Shown piece after piece: positions 24,122 through 33,577 of a DNA stretch of 64,000 bases. The stretch is taken from the NCBI GenBank assembly GCA_963666365.2, contig CAXXNF010000002.1:288001-352000 (forward strand), written 5' to 3'. Origin of the DNA: Syntrophales bacterium (GTDB taxonomy: Bacteria; Desulfobacterota; Syntrophia; Syntrophales; UBA2210). Both the position numbers and the translations under genes were made by a program. The notes beneath the pieces are model-generated. The model was not told where the DNA came from, did no database searches, and saw nothing but the letters and a program-made list of their open reading frames with translations. The number at the start of each line of letters is the position of its first letter. Position 1 is the stretch's first letter.

Positions 24122-25266
24122 AGATGGAGATCATACACTACAGTGAAGCCCATCGAATATTCAGAGAGACCTTGAGAAAATACCTGGAAAGGGAAGTGAT
24201 TCCCTTTGTAGATGCCTGGGAAGAGGAGGGCATCGTTCCCCGCAATGTCTGGAAAAAGCTTGGAGCGCAGGGCTATCTCTGTATGGATGTGCCCGAGGAA
24301 TACGGAGGGGCGGGGGCCGATTTTCTCTATTCTGTCATATTGACGGAAGAAATAACGAAGACCAATCAATCGGGGCTGTGTACGACCCTTCACAATGACA
24401 TCGTGGTACCTTATATTACAGCATTCGCTTCGGAGGAACTTAAACGGAAATACCTGCCCGGCTGTATATCGGGTGACATCATCACGGCAATTGCCATGAC
24501 GGAGCCCGATGCGGGGAGCGATCTTGCCGCAATGCGGACTACTGCCCGTGAGGAGGGTGATGATATCGTAATAAACGGCCAAAAAACCTTTATCAGTAAC
24601 GGCATCAACTGCGGAATCGTAATTGTGGCGACAAAGGATCCGAAAATAAAAGATCCCTACAGGGCAGTAGATCTTTACATCGTCGAAGAAGGGACCCCGG
24701 GTTTTGACAAGGGGAAAAAGATCAAAAAGGTAGGCTGGCACAGCCAGGATACGGCGGAGCTTTATTTTACGGACTGCAGAATTCCCAAAGCGAATCGCCT
24801 CGGCGACAAGGGATCGGGTTTTTTGTATCTCATGCAGAAACTGCAGCAGGAACGACTCGTCTGCGCCATAGGCGCCCAGGCGGCGGCGGAATACATGCTC
24901 GAGATTACCACAGAGTACTGCAAGAAAAGAACCGCTTTCGGCAGGGCCATTTCAAAATTTCAACACGTCCAGTTCGAACTTGTCGAAATGGCGACGGAAG
25001 TAAAACTCGGAAGGACGTTTCTGGACAAACTCGTCTGTGAGCATATGGAAAAGAACGACATTGTGGTTGACGTATCAATGGCAAAGTATTGGATTACGGA
25101 GATGGCAAATCGGGTGGCCGATCGGTGCGTGCAGCTTCACGGTGGGTACGGCTACTGCGAGGAGTACCCCATTGCCCGTGCATGGCGCGATATCAGGGTC
25201 ACACGCATATTTGCAGGCGCCAATGAAATCATGAAAGGAATTGCCGCCAAGTGTATGGGCTTGTGA
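24118..25266 (+). CDS. acyl-CoA dehydrogenase (LCAD-like)
   Basis: AMTEPDAGSDL, GQKTFISNG, QERL, QLHGGYGY, IFAGANEIM. Confidence 0.92.
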   Translation: MKMEIIHYSEAHRIFRETLRKYLEREVIPFVDAWEEEGIVPRNVWKKLGAQGYLCMDVPEEYGGAGADFLYSVILTEEITKTNQSGLCTTLHNDIVVPYITAFASEELKRKYLPGCISGDIITAIAMTEPDAGSDLAAMRTTAREEGDDIVINGQKTFISNGINCGIVIVATKDPKIKDPYRAVDLYIVEEGTPGFDKGKKIKKVGWHSQDTAELYFTDCRIPKANRLGDKGSGFLYLMQKLQQERLVCAIGAQAAAEYMLEITTEYCKKRTAFGRAISKFQHVQFELVEMATEVKLGRTFLDKLVCEHMEKNDIVVDVSMAKYWITEMANRVADRCVQLHGGYGYCEEYPIARAWRDIRVTRIFAGANEIMKGIAAKCMGL

Positions 25267-25406
25267 GTGTTGCTTTATCGATGTGAGACAATTGTTTGAA
25301 AACTTATTGGCGGAGTACCGTGAAGTCTTTCGTTTCCATAGTGCCCCTCCCGGGAAGAGACCATAAGGTTTTTAAAGGACCTGCTAATCAATATACCCTC
25401 TGAATT

Positions 25407-25441
25407 TCCTGCGCTTCGACATTCCTTGTCGAAGCGCAGGA
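25407..25441. terminator. perfect 15-bp hairpin (terminator or REP-like)
   Basis: TCCTGCGCTTCGACA-TTCCT-TGTCGAAGCGCAGGA followed by a pyrimidine-rich tract. Confidence 0.55.
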
Positions 25442-25668
25442 CTTCCGCTTCCTTTCTTTTTTCTTAACCGTACAATCTTTTTACATAATCTTTATAGCGA
25501 AAATAGACCCGCCAGTGCAGGTGTTCTTTCCATAAAAGAAAGGTGTTGGTCCGAAAGGTTTTCAGAATTTGCGAACTCATAAATCCGGATTCTGCCTATT
25601 GTGAAAAGTTATAAGATTTTTTAAATAATACCAACAATTTAAGATGCACCTGCGAATTGGAGGATATA

Positions 25669-27795
25669 ATGGAAGATAAATCAGACGATATGAAACGCCT
25701 CTTCGAACCGAAATCGGTTCTCGTTGTCGGAGCATCCCGTGAAGAGACAAAAATCGGATATAAGGTTATTCGGAATATGGTGTATGCAGGATACAATGGG
25801 TTGGTATTCCCCGTTAATCCGAAGGGAGGTGAGGTTCTCGGATACCCTATCTACACGAGTATTGATGAGATAGAGGTAGGGGACGAGGGCATCGACATGG
25901 GGATCATAATTGTTCCGGCAAAGTTTGTCTACCAAGCCATTGAAAGTTGTGCACGAAAGAAAGTAAAACACAATCTTATAATTTCTTCGGGGTTTTCCGA
26001 AATAGGCAACAATAAGGAAGAAACAAGGATTGTACGCTTTGCCCGTGAAAACGGAATGCGTGTACTTGGACCGAATATGTTCGGTATCTACTCAAGAAAC
26101 GCTCCTATCAACTGTACTTTCGGTGTCAAGGATGTGAATCCGGGAGAGGTTGCCATTATTACGCAAAGCGGCGCAATCGGCTTGTCAATGATGGGAAGAA
26201 CCGTGGTAGAGAACATAGGCCTATCGGCAATAGCGGCCGTTGGAAACAAGGCCGACCTCGATGAAGCGGATCTATTACAATATCTGATGTATGATGATAA
26301 TACGAGAGTCGTTCTCATGTACATCGAGGGAATCAAAAACGGTGATCGTTTTGTCGAAGCACTTGAAGGGACGACAAAAGTAAAACCGGTTATTATTATA
26401 AAGTCGGGTCGTTCCAAGAGAGGTGCCATGGCAGCCGCTTCGCATACAGGGTCTCTTGCGGGAGAAGATAATGTATTTGACGATATTATGCGTCAATGCG
26501 GTGTGTTGAGAGCGGACACAATCAACGAGGCGTTGAGTTGGTGTAAGTTCATATCTCACAACCCGCTGCCACGGGGAGAAAATTCGGTCATTGTGACAAA
26601 TGGGGGAGGGGTTGGCGTTCTCTGCACCGATGCGTGCGAAAAGTATAACATACAACTTTACGATGATGCCCAAACATTGCGGGAGGTCTTTACTCCGGTA
26701 ACCCCGGAACTCGGTTCCGTGAAAAATCCCATCGATATCACCGGGCAGGCCATGTCCGGAGCGTACAGCGAAGCGCTTGATGCTGCGCTCTCGTGCGATG
26801 GTATCGATACTGTTTTTGCCCTCTATTGCGAAAAAGAAGGATTCTCCGAACAAGAATTTTCGAAAATGATAAAGGACAACTATGATAAGTTTCAAAAGAC
26901 AGACAAGGTCATTTCATTTTCCATATTTGGCGGCGAAGTCGTTGATCACTGTTTGAAAGGCTTGGGAAAAATGAAAATCCCGGTGTACGGCGATGTCTAC
27001 GACGCCGTATCGCCCGTTGGCGCCGTCTACTCCTATTATAGGTATTTGAAGAATTGTGGCGGCGTGAAGGTCGATATCGATCTGAATTTTGATTCAATTG
27101 ACAAGATAGTTGCTGATGTAAAGAAACAGGACCGTTTTTTCCTGCTTGCCCATGAAGCACAGAAAATTATGAATATCGCCGGTATCAAAATCCCTGAGAC
27201 CCGAATTGCGTCCTCCCTCAAGGATGCGGTGCAGTCGGCCGAAGAGATAGGCTATCCTGTGGTTATGAAAGTTGTTTCGAAGGATATCATTCATAAAAGC
27301 GATGCCGGAGGCATTGCTCTCGATCTCATAAACGAAAGTGAAGTGGCCGACGCCTACGAAGCAATCATGAAAAACTGTCGTGCCAAAGTTCCAAACGCGC
27401 TTATTGAAGGGGTAGAAGTTGCTGAAATGGTGCAAGAAGGAACTGAATTTATTGTAGGGGCAAAAATCGACAAGTCCTTCGGACCTATCGTAATGGTAGG
27501 TCTCGGGGGCATCTATGTGGAGGTTATGAAGGACGTTGCATTTAGAGCTTTTCCCCTTAAGCAAAAAGACGTAGTGTCAATGATACAACAAATCAGATCG
27601 TATCCGCTTCTTTTGGGTGTTCGGGGCGAGGAACGCAAGGATATTGAAGCGCTCGTTGATTCGATCATCAAACTCGGATCGATCATATATAGATGCCACG
27701 GAATAAGCGATATAGAAGTTAACCCCGTTCTTGTTTATGAGCAGGGAATGGGAGTCAAAGCGTTAGATGTAAGGATTTTACTTTCAAGAGACTAG
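25669..27795 (+). CDS. ADP-forming acetate/acyl-CoA ligase (fused alpha-beta, with ATP-grasp domain)
   Basis: CoA-binding domain, GPN.FG, TQSGA, AAASHTGSLAG (phospho-His), NGGG, NPIDI, YPVVMK, HKSDAGG, DIEVNP. Confidence 0.9.
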   Translation: MEDKSDDMKRLFEPKSVLVVGASREETKIGYKVIRNMVYAGYNGLVFPVNPKGGEVLGYPIYTSIDEIEVGDEGIDMGIIIVPAKFVYQAIESCARKKVKHNLIISSGFSEIGNNKEETRIVRFARENGMRVLGPNMFGIYSRNAPINCTFGVKDVNPGEVAIITQSGAIGLSMMGRTVVENIGLSAIAAVGNKADLDEADLLQYLMYDDNTRVVLMYIEGIKNGDRFVEALEGTTKVKPVIIIKSGRSKRGAMAAASHTGSLAGEDNVFDDIMRQCGVLRADTINEALSWCKFISHNPLPRGENSVIVTNGGGVGVLCTDACEKYNIQLYDDAQTLREVFTPVTPELGSVKNPIDITGQAMSGAYSEALDAALSCDGIDTVFALYCEKEGFSEQEFSKMIKDNYDKFQKTDKVISFSIFGGEVVDHCLKGLGKMKIPVYGDVYDAVSPVGAVYSYYRYLKNCGGVKVDIDLNFDSIDKIVADVKKQDRFFLLAHEAQKIMNIAGIKIPETRIASSLKDAVQSAEEIGYPVVMKVVSKDIIHKSDAGGIALDLINESEVADAYEAIMKNCRAKVPNALIEGVEVAEMVQEGTEFIVGAKIDKSFGPIVMVGLGGIYVEVMKDVAFRAFPLKQKDVVSMIQQIRSYPLLLGVRGEERKDIEALVDSIIKLGSIIYRCHGISDIEVNPVLVYEQGMGVKALDVRILLSRD

Positions 27796-27808
27796 AGAGG
27801 TGACAAGG

Positions 27809-28843
27809 ATGGATACAACAATTATTGCATCGACTCGCAAGAATGCCGGCAAAACCAGTCTTATCGTCGGTATTGCGAAATATTTGGATAAGGACTTTAA
27901 ATATCTGAAACCTTACGGCGATAAGCTTTATTACCGGAAGAAACTGCTCTGGGATTACGATGCGGCGTTGATGACCAACATATTTGACATGGGCGAGAAT
28001 CCCGAGCGTATGAGTATCGGCTTCGAGCATTCAAAGATCAGGTATAGATACACGGAAGAGACGCTCATTGCAAAGCTGAAGGAAATGGTTGCCGATGTCG
28101 AGCGGGACTGCAAATGTCTTTTCATAGAGGCGGCAGAAACGCTTTCCTATGGGGCCTATGCGCACCTCGACGCCCTTTCTCTTGCCCGCCATACCAAAGG
28201 AAAACTTGTCGTTGTGGTGAGTGGCGATGACCAAGCCATAATGGATGATATCCTTTTTCTGAAAAGATACATTAACTTGGAGGACGTTGATTTTGAGGGA
28301 ATAATCATAAACAAGGTGCTCGACATGGCCGATTTTAAGGACAAAAACATTGAGGAAATCGAGAAACTGGGAGTCAAAGTAATAGGTCTTGTTCCTCATC
28401 AGGAGGAACTGATGCATTTAACCGTTAATAATCTCATCGATCGTCTCTTTCCCAAGATTGTTGCGGGAAGCAATGGCAGCGAAAGGGTAATTAAAACCAT
28501 TTTCATCGGAGCCATGAGTGGTTCATCAGCGCTTCAAAACCTTAATTTTATACAGGGCGCCAAGAAATTGGTGATAACCAGTGGCGACAGAAGCGATATG
28601 ATTCTTGCAGCATTGGAAAGCGATACCTCTTGTATTGTCCTGACAAATGACGTGCTGCCGGATCCGACTATCATTTCGAAGGCATCGGAGCTGAGTATAC
28701 CGCTTTTGCTTGTAGCTGAAGATACCTATGCAATTGCAAAGCAAATCGAAAAAATGGAAGCGGTCCTTACGAGAGGGGATCTTGGAAAGATCGATATGCT
28801 CAAATCGACTGTCGGCGAGTATGTCAATATAAAAATGTTTTAA
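27809..28843 (+). CDS. phosphotransacetylase N-terminal-like protein (BioD-like P-loop + DRTGG)
   Basis: STRKNAGKT P-loop, YLKP.G, IGAM, LVITSGDRSD; no Pta catalytic domain; alternative GTG start at 27800. Confidence 0.82.
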   Translation: MDTTIIASTRKNAGKTSLIVGIAKYLDKDFKYLKPYGDKLYYRKKLLWDYDAALMTNIFDMGENPERMSIGFEHSKIRYRYTEETLIAKLKEMVADVERDCKCLFIEAAETLSYGAYAHLDALSLARHTKGKLVVVVSGDDQAIMDDILFLKRYINLEDVDFEGIIINKVLDMADFKDKNIEEIEKLGVKVIGLVPHQEELMHLTVNNLIDRLFPKIVAGSNGSERVIKTIFIGAMSGSSALQNLNFIQGAKKLVITSGDRSDMILAALESDTSCIVLTNDVLPDPTIISKASELSIPLLLVAEDTYAIAKQIEKMEAVLTRGDLGKIDMLKSTVGEYVNIKMF

Positions 28844-29017
28844 CCATAGGTAATAAAAGTCCGTAACGTTCCGGAAATGAAGGAGACGCTCCGTTCACAG
28901 CGTGGAGCGCCTCGCACCGGGTGGCAGGTAGTGTTGTTTTTTTCACGTGACGATATGCAAGGGATAATTGATGTTGATAGGTATCAAGTTCATCGTAAAT
29001 AAGGGGACCGGAAGGTT

Positions 29018-30898
29018 ATGAGCAACGGATGGCATCAGATATACGCCAGCCGACTTACCACGGCAAAGAAGGCTTTGGGGCGGATCAAAAAAGGCGGAAG
29101 AGTGCTGATCGGTTCCGCCTGTGGTGAACCGCAGCTTCTGGTGAAGACGCTTATCGAGATAGCTCCCGATATTGCCGACACGGAAATTATTCATTTTCTC
29201 GATTTCGGTCTGGCCTCCTATACGGAGAAACGGTATACAAACCGGTTCCGTCACAATGCGCTCTTTATGGGAGAGAGGATCAGAGAAGTGATAAAGGAGG
29301 GAAGGGCCGATTATACCCCCATATTCCTCTCGGAGATCCCGCAGTTGATCCTTTCCGGTAGAATGCATCTCGATGTGGCCCTGATTCAGGTATCGCCCCC
29401 CGACGATCACGGATATGTAAGCTTGGGCATTTCCGTGGACATTACCAAGACCGCTGCTGAAGCGGCCGATTACGTGGTTGCGGAAGTGAATCCTCATATG
29501 CCGAGAACCATGGGAGATACTTTTCTCCATGTCATTGATATCGATGCCTTTGTGGAAAGCGCCGAACCGCTCCTTGAATTTCAATCCCGGTCGCCCAGCG
29601 ACATTGCGCAGAGGATCGGAGAACATATCGCACATATCATTGAAAACGAGTCTACGATTCAGACGGGTGTGGGCCGTATACCGAACTCCATATTTCCCTT
29701 TCTGAAGGATAAGAAACATCTGGGTATTCATACGGAAACGTTTACGGACGGTGTGATAGATCTCATTGAAAGCGGCGTTGTGACATGCCGCAAGAAGACG
29801 CTTCACCCGAATAAAATAATTGCCAGTTTCTGCATTGGGTCGAAAGAATTATACGAGTATGTAAACGATAACCCCTTGTTCGAGTTTCACCCCTCCCGCT
29901 ATGTAAACAACCCCTATGTGATCGCACAGAACGAAAAGATGGTATCCATCAATGCTGCCTTGACCGTCGATCTTACCGGGCAGGTCAGTTCGGATTCGCT
30001 GGGATTCAGTTTTTACAGCGGTATCGGCGGGCAGGTTGATTTTGTAAGGGGCGCCGCCATGTCGAAGCGGGGAAGATCGATTATTACGCTTCCCTCTACC
30101 ACCGACGACGGAGAGAAATCACGCATTGTACCTTTTCTTAGTGAAGGAAGCGGTGTGGTAGTAACTCGTGGCGACGTGCACTACGTGGTGACGGAATACG
30201 GGGCCGCCTATATTCATGGAAAATCCATACGGGATCGGGCCATGGCACTCATCAATATCGCCCATCCGAAATTTAGAGAAGAGTTGCTTGAGTCGGCGAA
30301 GATGCAGGGATACGTCTTTCGTGACCAGGTGCTTCCGGTCGCGATATACCCCAAGGAACTGGAAACCTACTTTACCGACAAGAAGGGGGGCGAGATATTT
30401 TTCAGGCCTGTAAGATCTACCGATGAACGAGGCATTCAGGAAATGATCTACTCGCTTCCCGAACAGGATGTCTATACCCGTTTTTTTCACAATCTCAAAT
30501 CATTTTCACACAAGATCGCCATGCCCCTTGCCGCAATCAACTACAAGGACGAGATGGCGATTGCCGGGGTCATCGGACGGGAAGAACCGGAAAGTAAGGA
30601 GGAGATAATTGCCGTGGGACGGTACATGAGAGATCCCATGACCAACTTGGCGGAAGTGGCCTTTACCGTACGTGATGAATGGCAGAACCGGGGTGTTGGC
30701 ACCTTTTTGCTTCAGTATCTCGTCAGAATCGCGAAAGAGAGGAATGTGGAAGGGTTTACCGCGAATGTACTGGCGAGAAATGATGCCATGATGGCAGTTT
30801 TTCACAAGGTGGGAAAACCCCTTCAGAGCCGTATGGAATACGGTACGTACGAGTTGAAATTCAACTTCGTCAATAATAATCAGGAAACACCAGCATAA
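29018..30898 (+). CDS. acetyl-CoA hydrolase/4-hydroxybutyrate CoA-transferase family protein fused to a C-terminal GNAT domain
   Basis: GRADYTP, QTGVG.IP, LGIHTE (catalytic Glu), SGIGGQVDF, VVTEYG; GNAT part AEVAFTVRDEWQNRGVG. Confidence 0.88.
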   Translation: MSNGWHQIYASRLTTAKKALGRIKKGGRVLIGSACGEPQLLVKTLIEIAPDIADTEIIHFLDFGLASYTEKRYTNRFRHNALFMGERIREVIKEGRADYTPIFLSEIPQLILSGRMHLDVALIQVSPPDDHGYVSLGISVDITKTAAEAADYVVAEVNPHMPRTMGDTFLHVIDIDAFVESAEPLLEFQSRSPSDIAQRIGEHIAHIIENESTIQTGVGRIPNSIFPFLKDKKHLGIHTETFTDGVIDLIESGVVTCRKKTLHPNKIIASFCIGSKELYEYVNDNPLFEFHPSRYVNNPYVIAQNEKMVSINAALTVDLTGQVSSDSLGFSFYSGIGGQVDFVRGAAMSKRGRSIITLPSTTDDGEKSRIVPFLSEGSGVVVTRGDVHYVVTEYGAAYIHGKSIRDRAMALINIAHPKFREELLESAKMQGYVFRDQVLPVAIYPKELETYFTDKKGGEIFFRPVRSTDERGIQEMIYSLPEQDVYTRFFHNLKSFSHKIAMPLAAINYKDEMAIAGVIGREEPESKEEIIAVGRYMRDPMTNLAEVAFTVRDEWQNRGVGTFLLQYLVRIAKERNVEGFTANVLARNDAMMAVFHKVGKPLQSRMEYGTYELKFNFVNNNQETPA

Positions 30899-30988
30899 AT
30901 TATCATAGGCATTGCCGCCGCGTCTATTTGGGCATGACCCATGTCTTGGCAAAAAGTCATGCCAACATGGAGGCTGCGCCGGGTTGCG

Positions 30989-32674
30989 TCAAAACTCGCG
31001 ATGCTTCAACTTCCGGTATCCCAGGACAAGAGGGAGGATACCCACTGCCCCGGTAGCGGCGACGGTCGTGATCCAGGCGAGTGCGATCAGGACATGGAAT
31101 GTTCCTGCCGAGATGGAACGGCGTATTTCGTAACTGAAGGTGGGGGCGGCGAAGATAATGATAATGATAAAGATGTAGACGAGGGCAACCACAAAATTGA
31201 GTGTTCCCCCGAATCCCGAGACGATGCGTGACGGATTGTCTTCCCTGAAGTTCGGATAGATCGATCCCAGACCGATGGAAAGTCCCACCAGGCCGATGCT
31301 GACCAGCCCGGCGAGCACACAGGATGTATAAAAAAGCATCGGCGACGTGTCGAGCATCACGTTGGTCGATATCATGAGGAATTCGGATACGCAGAGGACC
31401 ACGGCGAGGTTGATGATAAATTTTTGAAATATCAGTCCGCGAAAGGTAATGGGCGCGAGCCCCAGTATCCAGATCTTGGTTCCTTCAAGGCTGATCAGAG
31501 GATAGAGAAACCGGACGGTAAACCCGGCAAGCACAAGGGCCGTCGCTGAGAGATTGAGAAACGTCACGATCAGCGTCCAGTAGGGATTTCCCTGTGACAT
31601 GGGGATGCTTCGCAGGTTGAAGATATAGACGCCCAGAATTGCGACATATATCATAAACTGCGACCACTGGGCAAAGTCACGGACAAAGACCTTAATGTCC
31701 TTTATGACAAGCGCTGCTGTCGGCCGGGGAAGAATTGCAAAGACACGCAGCAGTCTATTCAAAACGCCACGATCGGGGGGATAATTGTGTGTGCCGGTTC
31801 CGCTTTTTGATGACAGCCACCCCTGGTAGTAGACGTTTTCTGCCATGAACCAGTTTATTTGAAGCGCGACCAGCGTTGTGGCGATAAAGCTGCCGTAGTA
31901 AAAGAATGCCTGCGAAGGATCTCCGGCGCCGGCGCCTATCACGGATTTTGCCATCCAATATCCGGGGAAGAGGGGGTGCTTCAACAGGCGTAAGTGCGAC
32001 AGAAAGGTGTCAAGAAAATAGGTGATATCCACACGGGGCAGCACGGTCGCGGAAAGATGGGTTTTGTAATACCAGTATGCGGCCAGGGACGCGATCAATG
32101 CGGCGGAAAGAAGGACATGTTTGATCTTTCCGTATCGGATGTATCGGACCGCGGTGAGTATCAGCAATGACGCCAGTGCGGTGGGAAAGAGGATGAAGGC
32201 GATAAAATAGAAAGGAAGGGTAAAGTAAAACCAGACCGGTGCGCCCTTGATGCCGGCGTAGGCGATAAAAAAGGGGACCCCGAGAAAAAGAAAGGCCCAG
32301 GAACTGAAAAGAACCGCCTGGATGAGACGGTAAAAAAAGATTGCCCGATGATCGATGGGCTTTGAAAAGAGAAAATCCACCTCTGAAGAGTTGTAAAATG
32401 TCGTGTAGCACACGACGATACCGCTGAGGGTGAGCATTATAAAAAGAACGGCGAAAAAAATAAAAATCGTCTCGTCCACAAGTGCAGGACCCACAATGGG
32501 GAATTGGTTGAAAAATGAGAGCCCGCGATGAAACAGAGCAAGTGAGGCGAACCAGAACGCGATAATCGCGACGGAAATAAAAATTGTCTTGAGTTTTGGT
32601 TCAGCCCGCAGTTGCCCGATCCCGTTTTTCAGTATCCTCATCTGGCACGCCGCTAGGGCCAGGGCGCCATCCAT
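30989..32674 (-). CDS. ABC exporter membrane subunit (putative)
   Basis: About 12 hydrophobic helices; KD.K.F.RD and SLEG..IW motifs; directly follows the ABC ATPase. Confidence 0.8.
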   Translation of the reverse strand: MDGALALAACQMRILKNGIGQLRAEPKLKTIFISVAIIAFWFASLALFHRGLSFFNQFPIVGPALVDETIFIFFAVLFIMLTLSGIVVCYTTFYNSSEVDFLFSKPIDHRAIFFYRLIQAVLFSSWAFLFLGVPFFIAYAGIKGAPVWFYFTLPFYFIAFILFPTALASLLILTAVRYIRYGKIKHVLLSAALIASLAAYWYYKTHLSATVLPRVDITYFLDTFLSHLRLLKHPLFPGYWMAKSVIGAGAGDPSQAFFYYGSFIATTLVALQINWFMAENVYYQGWLSSKSGTGTHNYPPDRGVLNRLLRVFAILPRPTAALVIKDIKVFVRDFAQWSQFMIYVAILGVYIFNLRSIPMSQGNPYWTLIVTFLNLSATALVLAGFTVRFLYPLISLEGTKIWILGLAPITFRGLIFQKFIINLAVVLCVSEFLMISTNVMLDTSPMLFYTSCVLAGLVSIGLVGLSIGLGSIYPNFREDNPSRIVSGFGGTLNFVVALVYIFIIIIIFAAPTFSYEIRRSISAGTFHVLIALAWITTVAATGAVGILPLVLGYRKLKHREF

Positions 32675-32679
32675 ATATT

Positions 32680-33402
32680 TCAGGCCTCCGCCGTCATTTT
32701 GAGAAAAATGTCCTCAAGCCGGTCATTCGTCTCCGCCTTTTCTTTAATTTCATCGACGGCGCCTGAGGCAATCAGTCTGCCGCGATGGATGATCCCCACT
32801 CGATCGGATATCTCTTCGGCCAGGGCGAGCGTGTGTGTCGACATGAATATTGTAGCGCCTTCGGCGGCGCGGGACCGGAAAAGATCCTTCACGAGGCGAA
32901 TGCTCTTCGGATCAAGGCCGACCATCGGTTCATCGATAATAATAAGGCGCGGCGAGGGAAGCAGGGCCGATGAAATGACGATCTTTTGTCTCATGCCGTG
33001 TGAGTATCCTTCCATAAGATGGTCGCCGTCATCCTGCATGGAAAAAAGTGAGAGCAAGCGGTCCGCCTCTTGGCGGTAATAGTGTCTGTCAAGTTCGTAT
33101 AGTTCACCGATAAAGTAGAGAAACTCCCGTCCTGTCAGCTTTTCATACACGTAGGGGATATCGGGGATGAAGCACATGAGGCGTTTTGCTTCGGCCGCCT
33201 TCTGTGCCATGTCGAAGCCGCCCACGCGCACCTTGCCCGACGTGGGATTGAGAAGACCCGCAACAATCTTGAGCGTTGTAGTTTTTCCCGCACCGTTTGG
33301 TCCGAGTATGGTAAAAAACTCTCCCGCAGCGATCCGGAGAGAGAGATTGTCCACGGCGAGCGTGCGTCCAAAGCGCTTAGTCAATCCATTAATTTCGATC
33401 AT
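32680..33402 (-). CDS. ABC transporter ATP-binding protein
   Basis: GPNGAGKTT, YSHGMRQK, IIIDEP, STH. Confidence 0.92.
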   Translation of the reverse strand: MIEINGLTKRFGRTLAVDNLSLRIAAGEFFTILGPNGAGKTTTLKIVAGLLNPTSGKVRVGGFDMAQKAAEAKRLMCFIPDIPYVYEKLTGREFLYFIGELYELDRHYYRQEADRLLSLFSMQDDGDHLMEGYSHGMRQKIVISSALLPSPRLIIIDEPMVGLDPKSIRLVKDLFRSRAAEGATIFMSTHTLALAEEISDRVGIIHRGRLIASGAVDEIKEKAETNDRLEDIFLKMTAEA

Positions 33403-33577
33403 GGCAACACCAACGATACTTCGCCCTGTTTTTTAATCTTCCCGCTTTTACTACTTCTCTTACTTATTATCAGAAGACCCTTTCCTGTCAACGTCAAAGA
33501 TCACAGGGCATGCACATATATGTGTATCAAAGGGCTATGTTCGTGATAAAATGTGCACCTGTGAAGAAGGAGCAGTT

